IMG/VR virus record: IMGVR_UViG_3300020420_000008
Location: 64,001 to 128,000 of that record
DNA from: a virus
Reading direction: 5' to 3' (one strand)
DNA length: 64,000 nucleotides
This document shows positions 59,657 through 64,000 of the stretch, in pieces. Numbering within the stretch: the first letter of the stretch is position 1; each line of letters starts with the position of its first letter. A program made the translations under genes and the position numbers. The notes below the pieces were generated by a model. It was given only the letters and a program-made list of their open reading frames with translations. It made no database searches and was not told where the DNA came from.

Positions 59657-61368
59657 TGATATACTTTGAAAATATTCGATGGAAGAACTTTCTATCAACA
59701 GGTAATCAATGGACAAACATACCTTTAAACACACACTCAAATACAATTATAGTAGGTGAGAATGGTGCTGGTAAGTCAACGATACTTGATGCACTATGTT
59801 TTGTACTGTTTAACAAACCTTTTCGTAAAATAAGTAAATCGCAAATGTTAAACTCAATCAACATGGGCGGACTTGAAGTAGAAGTAAAATTTAGAATTGG
59901 TAAGATGAACTATACTATACGTAGAGGTATGAAACCAAATATATTTGAAATACATCAAGACAGCACTTTACTCAATCAACCAGGTTCAGCTAGAGATTAT
60001 CAGAAGCAACTAGAAGAAACTATACTTAAACTAAACTTTAAATCTTTCACACAGATAGTTGTTCTTGGTGCATCTACATTTATACCTTTCATGCAACTGT
60101 CTGTGTCGCATAGACGAGAGGTGATAGAAGATTTATTAGATATTAGTATATTCTCTAATATGGGTAAACTATTGAAAGATAGAGTTGCAGAGAACAAAGA
60201 ATCTATACGTGACTCAGACTACCAGATAGATTTACTTAAAACAAAAATAGATACACAACAATCCTACATTCGAAAACTAAAAGAGCAGAATGATGATACA
60301 ATAGCTACATTTCAAAACTTGATAGATGGTGCCCAAGATGAAATCAATGACTTAACACAACTATCAAATGGTATAGTTGAGAAGATAGAGTTTCTATCAG
60401 AAGATGTTGCACCTCTCAAAGTCAATGAAAATAAGAAAGCTAAACTTATCGACATTCACAATAGAATGCAAAGAAAGATAAAGAATGCGGAGAAGAGAAT
60501 AGCTTTCTTCAATGATAATGCGGAGTGTCCTACTTGTTCTCAAGATATCAGTGATGATATTCGTGATAGTAAAATATCAGAAACAAATGCTACCATAGTA
60601 GAAGTAAAAGCTGGTGAAGGCGAGTTGCAAAAACAATTATCTGAACTCGATGGTAAAATAAATGATATGTTATCAGCACAACAAAGATTGGTAGGATTAC
60701 AAACAGAGATTGCTGAAAACAATTCTAGTATAAAATCTCTGAATAAATCTATACAGAAAAACCAGAAAGAAATAGAGAAGATAAAAGATACTGGTGTCGA
60801 TAGTGCTGAAACATATGAGAAACTTAAACTTTATGAAGACGATAAGAGACTCAACGAACAGAGAAAAGAAGAGTTAGTTAATGATAGAGAACTATTCAGT
60901 GTAGCAGTAAATATGCTCAAAGATGATGGTATCAAAAAGAAAATCATCAAACAGTATGTGCCAGTTATGAACAAACTTATCAACAAATATTTGGCTGCCT
61001 TAGATTTCTTTGTACTGTTCGAACTAGATGAACAGTTCAATGAAGTTATTAAGAGTAGACATAGAGATGAGTTTTCGTATGCATCATTCTCGGAAGGTGA
61101 GAAAATGAGAATAGACTTAGCATTACTATTCACATGGCGTTCTATAGCAAAACTCAAAAACTCTATCAATACAAATCTACTAATACTTGATGAAGTATTC
61201 GATGCATCTCTAGATAATAATGGTTGTGATGAATTTCTAAAACTATTGAACCAGCTAGATAACCAGACAAATGTATTTGTAATATCTCATAAAGGTGATA
61301 TACTATCTGAGAAGTTTAAGAATCAGATACGATTTGAGAAATATAAAAACTTTAGTAGGGTGGCATAA
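59656..61368 (+). CDS. gp46: Recombination ATPase gp46 (Rad50/SbcC-like)
   Basis: GENGAGKST, CPTC zinc hook, FSEGEKMRIDL, LILDEVFD, ISH. Confidence 0.97.
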   Translation: MIYFENIRWKNFLSTGNQWTNIPLNTHSNTIIVGENGAGKSTILDALCFVLFNKPFRKISKSQMLNSINMGGLEVEVKFRIGKMNYTIRRGMKPNIFEIHQDSTLLNQPGSARDYQKQLEETILKLNFKSFTQIVVLGASTFIPFMQLSVSHRREVIEDLLDISIFSNMGKLLKDRVAENKESIRDSDYQIDLLKTKIDTQQSYIRKLKEQNDDTIATFQNLIDGAQDEINDLTQLSNGIVEKIEFLSEDVAPLKVNENKKAKLIDIHNRMQRKIKNAEKRIAFFNDNAECPTCSQDISDDIRDSKISETNATIVEVKAGEGELQKQLSELDGKINDMLSAQQRLVGLQTEIAENNSSIKSLNKSIQKNQKEIEKIKDTGVDSAETYEKLKLYEDDKRLNEQRKEELVNDRELFSVAVNMLKDDGIKKKIIKQYVPVMNKLINKYLAALDFFVLFELDEQFNEVIKSRHRDEFSYASFSEGEKMRIDLALLFTWRSIAKLKNSINTNLLILDEVFDASLDNNGCDEFLKLLNQLDNQTNVFVISHKGDILSEKFKNQIRFEKYKNFSRVA

Positions 61369-61898
61369 TGGGCAAGCGAAGTGATTTTGAAAGAAAAGAG
61401 AGAGATTTCTATCCTACACCAGAAGAGGCAGTTTTACCTTTATTACCTCACATAGAGAACGCTTTTAAATTTATAGAACCTTGTGCTGGTGATGGTTCAT
61501 TGACAAGACATCTAATGAAATATAAAGATCCTTGGTGTGTACTACAATCTGATATAGAACCGAAACATGGTGTACGTGAGGGCGATGCATTTGATATAGA
61601 AGCAGACTTGTATTCTCATGTGGATTATTGTATTACTAACCCACCTTGGGATAGAAAGATACTACACCCACTAATAGAAAAATTAACAAGCATAGCACCA
61701 ACTTGGCTACTATTTGATGCTGATTGGATACACACGAAACAAAGCAAACCTTATTTAAAACATTTAAAAAAAGTAGTGAGTGTTGGTAGAGTTAAATGGA
61801 TACCAGGAACAAAGTCAGTGGGTAAAGATAATTGTTGCTGGTACTTTTTCACACCTGCATATGAATATGGTATAATAGAATTTTATGGAAGAGAATAA
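61368..61898 (+). CDS. Small DNA amino-methyltransferase (m6A or m4C)
   Basis: DFYPTP, motif I FIEPCAGDGSL, motif IV ITNPPW; 176 aa with no obvious TRD. Confidence 0.85.
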   Translation: MGKRSDFERKERDFYPTPEEAVLPLLPHIENAFKFIEPCAGDGSLTRHLMKYKDPWCVLQSDIEPKHGVREGDAFDIEADLYSHVDYCITNPPWDRKILHPLIEKLTSIAPTWLLFDADWIHTKQSKPYLKHLKKVVSVGRVKWIPGTKSVGKDNCCWYFFTPAYEYGIIEFYGRE

Positions 61899-62106
61899 AA
61901 TGTGGAATGTGCCAAATATATTAAAATTTAAAAAACCTGAAGTAGAATCTAAAGAAATAGAAATAAAAGAAGTAGATACTAGAGTAAACATACACACACT
62001 CTACAAACATAGATGGGTTTGGTATCATTTGATATTATGTATACAAGTGATCTTGACAAACATACTTTTAGTTGGTATACTAGTAACATTAGCAATAAAA
62101 TTATGA
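61885..62106 (+). CDS. Small membrane protein (start may be 61900)
   Basis: RWVWYHLIL followed by a long C-terminal hydrophobic helix. Confidence 0.6.
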   Translation: MEENKMWNVPNILKFKKPEVESKEIEIKEVDTRVNIHTLYKHRWVWYHLILCIQVILTNILLVGILVTLAIKL

Positions 62107-62112
62107 GAGACA

Positions 62113-63420
62113 ATGACTAATAGAGATTTATACAGACTCAACGAACAAGAACATAAAGATAAAGATATATCAAGGATATACAAAACTTGGACAGAGAGTG
62201 AAGATTTAGATTCTATACCTGATATAGACTCTAAGCAATTATCAGAAGATTTAACAAGCGACTTAACAGAAGTATGTTCTATGAACGTATCAGAATATAC
62301 TCTATTTAAAAAATGGCTTGAGATACAAGGTAAATATCCTACAGAGAAAAGAAACACATTATTTGATGGTGTGCAACGAGTTTTACTAGATGATAGTCAG
62401 TCTAGAACTATATCTAGAATTAGAAGTCAAATCTGGAAACCAGAGAGTGTTGACGATTATATGAAACTAGAACCTGAAATGGTTTTATGTAATAAGAATC
62501 CTGATGAAATTGCTCAATATAATACTCTAAGATCCTTTATCAGCACTGCCGAAAATAATAATAATGTTGGTAGAAATCTATACTACTATATTATAGATAA
62601 AGTTACAAAAAAATATCTAGGCACAATCTGTATGTCTTCTGATTATCTAGATTTAACACCAAGAGATAATTATATTGGTTGGACTAGAGAAAAGAAAACC
62701 GAAGATAAGATGATAAACTATACTACAGTTGGCTCTACAATTGTACCAACACAACCTCTAGGTTTTAATTATGTTGGTGGTAAGTTGCTTGCTCTATTAT
62801 GTTTATCTGATACAGTACAGAAAGATTGGAAAGAACAGTATGGTGATACATTAGTATCTGTAACTACAACATCACTATATGGAAAAGCAAAAGTTGGTGG
62901 TATGTCACAATATGATAATCTCAAACATTGGAAGAAGATGGGATATTCACAAGGTTCTGTAGCGTATAAACCAAAGAAAGAAACAACGAAACGATTACGT
63001 GACTGGTTAAAAAAGTATTATTCTGAAAAATACTTTGAATGGTATGTTGCACTCAAACCTAGTGGACAACCATACAAACGTGATCACAAGAATCGTTCAC
63101 ACCAATTCGCATTCTCAAAGTTAGGTATAGATAAGTCTATAGTAAGATCCGAACATCAAAGAGGTATCTACTATTCACCACTATACACAAACACTTGTGA
63201 GTTTTTGCGAGGCGAGATTTCAGAGGACAAACTTGTCAAATCTTTTGATACAAGTACAGAGTATCTAGTCAATCTCTGGAAGGACAAGTATGCACGAAAG
63301 CGAATAACCTCTCTCATAAACAGTGATCGTGTGTCCTCTGAAACTTTATTCTATGACGATTTAGCTTATCTTGATTGGGAAGATTGTAAAGAAAAGTACT
63401 TGACTCAAGTAGGTAGATAA
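62113..63420 (+). CDS. DUF4338 / Druantia DruA-like protein
   Basis: VGRNLYYYIID..LG.I....L..RDNYIGW, VP..P.G....GGKLLALL, VTTTSLYGK..SQY..L..W...GYSQG match the DUF4338 motif series as I recall it. Confidence 0.75.
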   Translation: MTNRDLYRLNEQEHKDKDISRIYKTWTESEDLDSIPDIDSKQLSEDLTSDLTEVCSMNVSEYTLFKKWLEIQGKYPTEKRNTLFDGVQRVLLDDSQSRTISRIRSQIWKPESVDDYMKLEPEMVLCNKNPDEIAQYNTLRSFISTAENNNNVGRNLYYYIIDKVTKKYLGTICMSSDYLDLTPRDNYIGWTREKKTEDKMINYTTVGSTIVPTQPLGFNYVGGKLLALLCLSDTVQKDWKEQYGDTLVSVTTTSLYGKAKVGGMSQYDNLKHWKKMGYSQGSVAYKPKKETTKRLRDWLKKYYSEKYFEWYVALKPSGQPYKRDHKNRSHQFAFSKLGIDKSIVRSEHQRGIYYSPLYTNTCEFLRGEISEDKLVKSFDTSTEYLVNLWKDKYARKRITSLINSDRVSSETLFYDDLAYLDWEDCKEKYLTQVGR

Positions 63421-63429
63421 TGCTATTAT
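63400..63429 (+). promoter_or_regulatory. Sigma70-like promoter for the DUF262-like gene
   Basis: TTGACT, 18 bp, TATTAT with TGn extension. Confidence 0.6.
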
Positions 63430-63461
63430 AGAATCATCAAATTAAAGAGAGGTATTATATT

Positions 63462-64000
63462 ATGGACGTATGCGAAAGGCTAGAAAGCCCTCTCAGGGAA
63501 GTTATGCTTTTACCTGATTTTATAGAGAAGGCTGGATTATTAACAACACAAACAATGGTAGCAGATTACTCTCACCAAGCTAATAGAAAAACTAGGTGGA
63601 GTGAAGAGATGATGAGTATGTTTTTTCGTTCATCTGTTCTTAATCAACTTCCAGCACCTATAGTTATTGTAGATTTAGAGAAGTGTTTAGAACATGCTAA
63701 CGAGACAAATAATCAATCGGATATTGTGTACTTTACATTATGGTTTATTCAAAATGGTGCAAAATATTTAATATTAGATGGTAACAATAGAATTATGGTT
63801 ACAAAAAAAATATTAAATGATGAAGTAAAGTTACCAACAGATATTCCTTTACATACAGGACCTGATGGTAAACTAGTACAAACATCAAATATAAAGTTAG
63901 GTGCTACTTTTTCTACATTAGATAAAGCTTTAAGAGATTCTTTTGATACTAGTGAAGTAGAAGTTCATGTATACACAAAATTAACAGAAGTAAAAATGGG
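63462..64000 (+). CDS. DUF262/ParB-Srx-like protein, truncated by the window end
   Basis: Not in the ORF track. GAGAGG RBS; MDVCERLES..DYSHQANRKTRWSEEM..SSVLNQLPAPIVI..YLILDGNNR (DGQQR-like); open to position 64000. Confidence 0.6.
   Translation, partial: MDVCERLESPLREVMLLPDFIEKAGLLTTQTMVADYSHQANRKTRWSEEMMSMFFRSSVLNQLPAPIVIVDLEKCLEHANETNNQSDIVYFTLWFIQNGAKYLILDGNNRIMVTKKILNDEVKLPTDIPLHTGPDGKLVQTSNIKLGATFSTLDKALRDSFDTSEVEVHVYTKLTEVKM

Noticed and set aside
44517-61368. Introns, inteins or homing endonucleases in terminase, portal, capsid, uvsW or gp46
   Set aside because: These genes are uninterrupted and of ordinary length. I saw no LAGLIDADG, GIY-YIG, HNH or intein motifs.
815-62357. Numerous minus-strand ORFs in the track (e.g. 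14060..14923, 15926..16576, 30923..31549)
   Set aside because: All lie antisense to long + strand genes and show the Val/Pro/Ser-rich mirror of G/T/S-rich fibre codons. I recognised no motifs in them.
1-64000. tRNA genes, CRISPR arrays, IS elements or a recoded stop codon
   Set aside because: Intergenic gaps are under ~100 bp and hold promoters/RBS, with no spaced repeats or cloverleaf seen. TAA, TAG and TGA all end conserved genes at the expected positions.
62113-64000. A complete Druantia or GmrSD defence system
   Set aside because: Only a DruA-like gene and a truncated DUF262-like gene are visible. The partner genes and domains are not in the window.

Overview
64 kb, roughly 35% GC by eye, of a large lytic T4-like myovirus with the gene order typical of marine T4-like phages; the host cannot be determined from this window. 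All credible genes are on the + strand. Layout: Hc1-like gene and baseplate wedge (gp25, gp6, gp7, gp8, DUF4815/VrlC-like), then a ~27 kb array of tail-fibre/adhesin/virion genes built from shared modules, then neck, terminase, tail and head genes (gp13-gp23, gp3), then uvsY, uvsW, gp55, gp47, gp46, then an accessory island (small amino-MTase, membrane protein, stand-alone DruA/DUF4338-like protein, partial DUF262/ParB-like protein). The strongest signal outside the gene list is a window-wide, context-dependent avoidance of GC-rich restriction-type sites. In a manual read, GCNGC, GCGC, GGCC and GWGCWC occur essentially only where they overlap a GG/CC dinucleotide, and codon choice is visibly bent to obey this. 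I infer a GG/CC-context DNA modification that shields such sites. All motif counts are by eye and all family calls are from recalled motifs; no searches were run.
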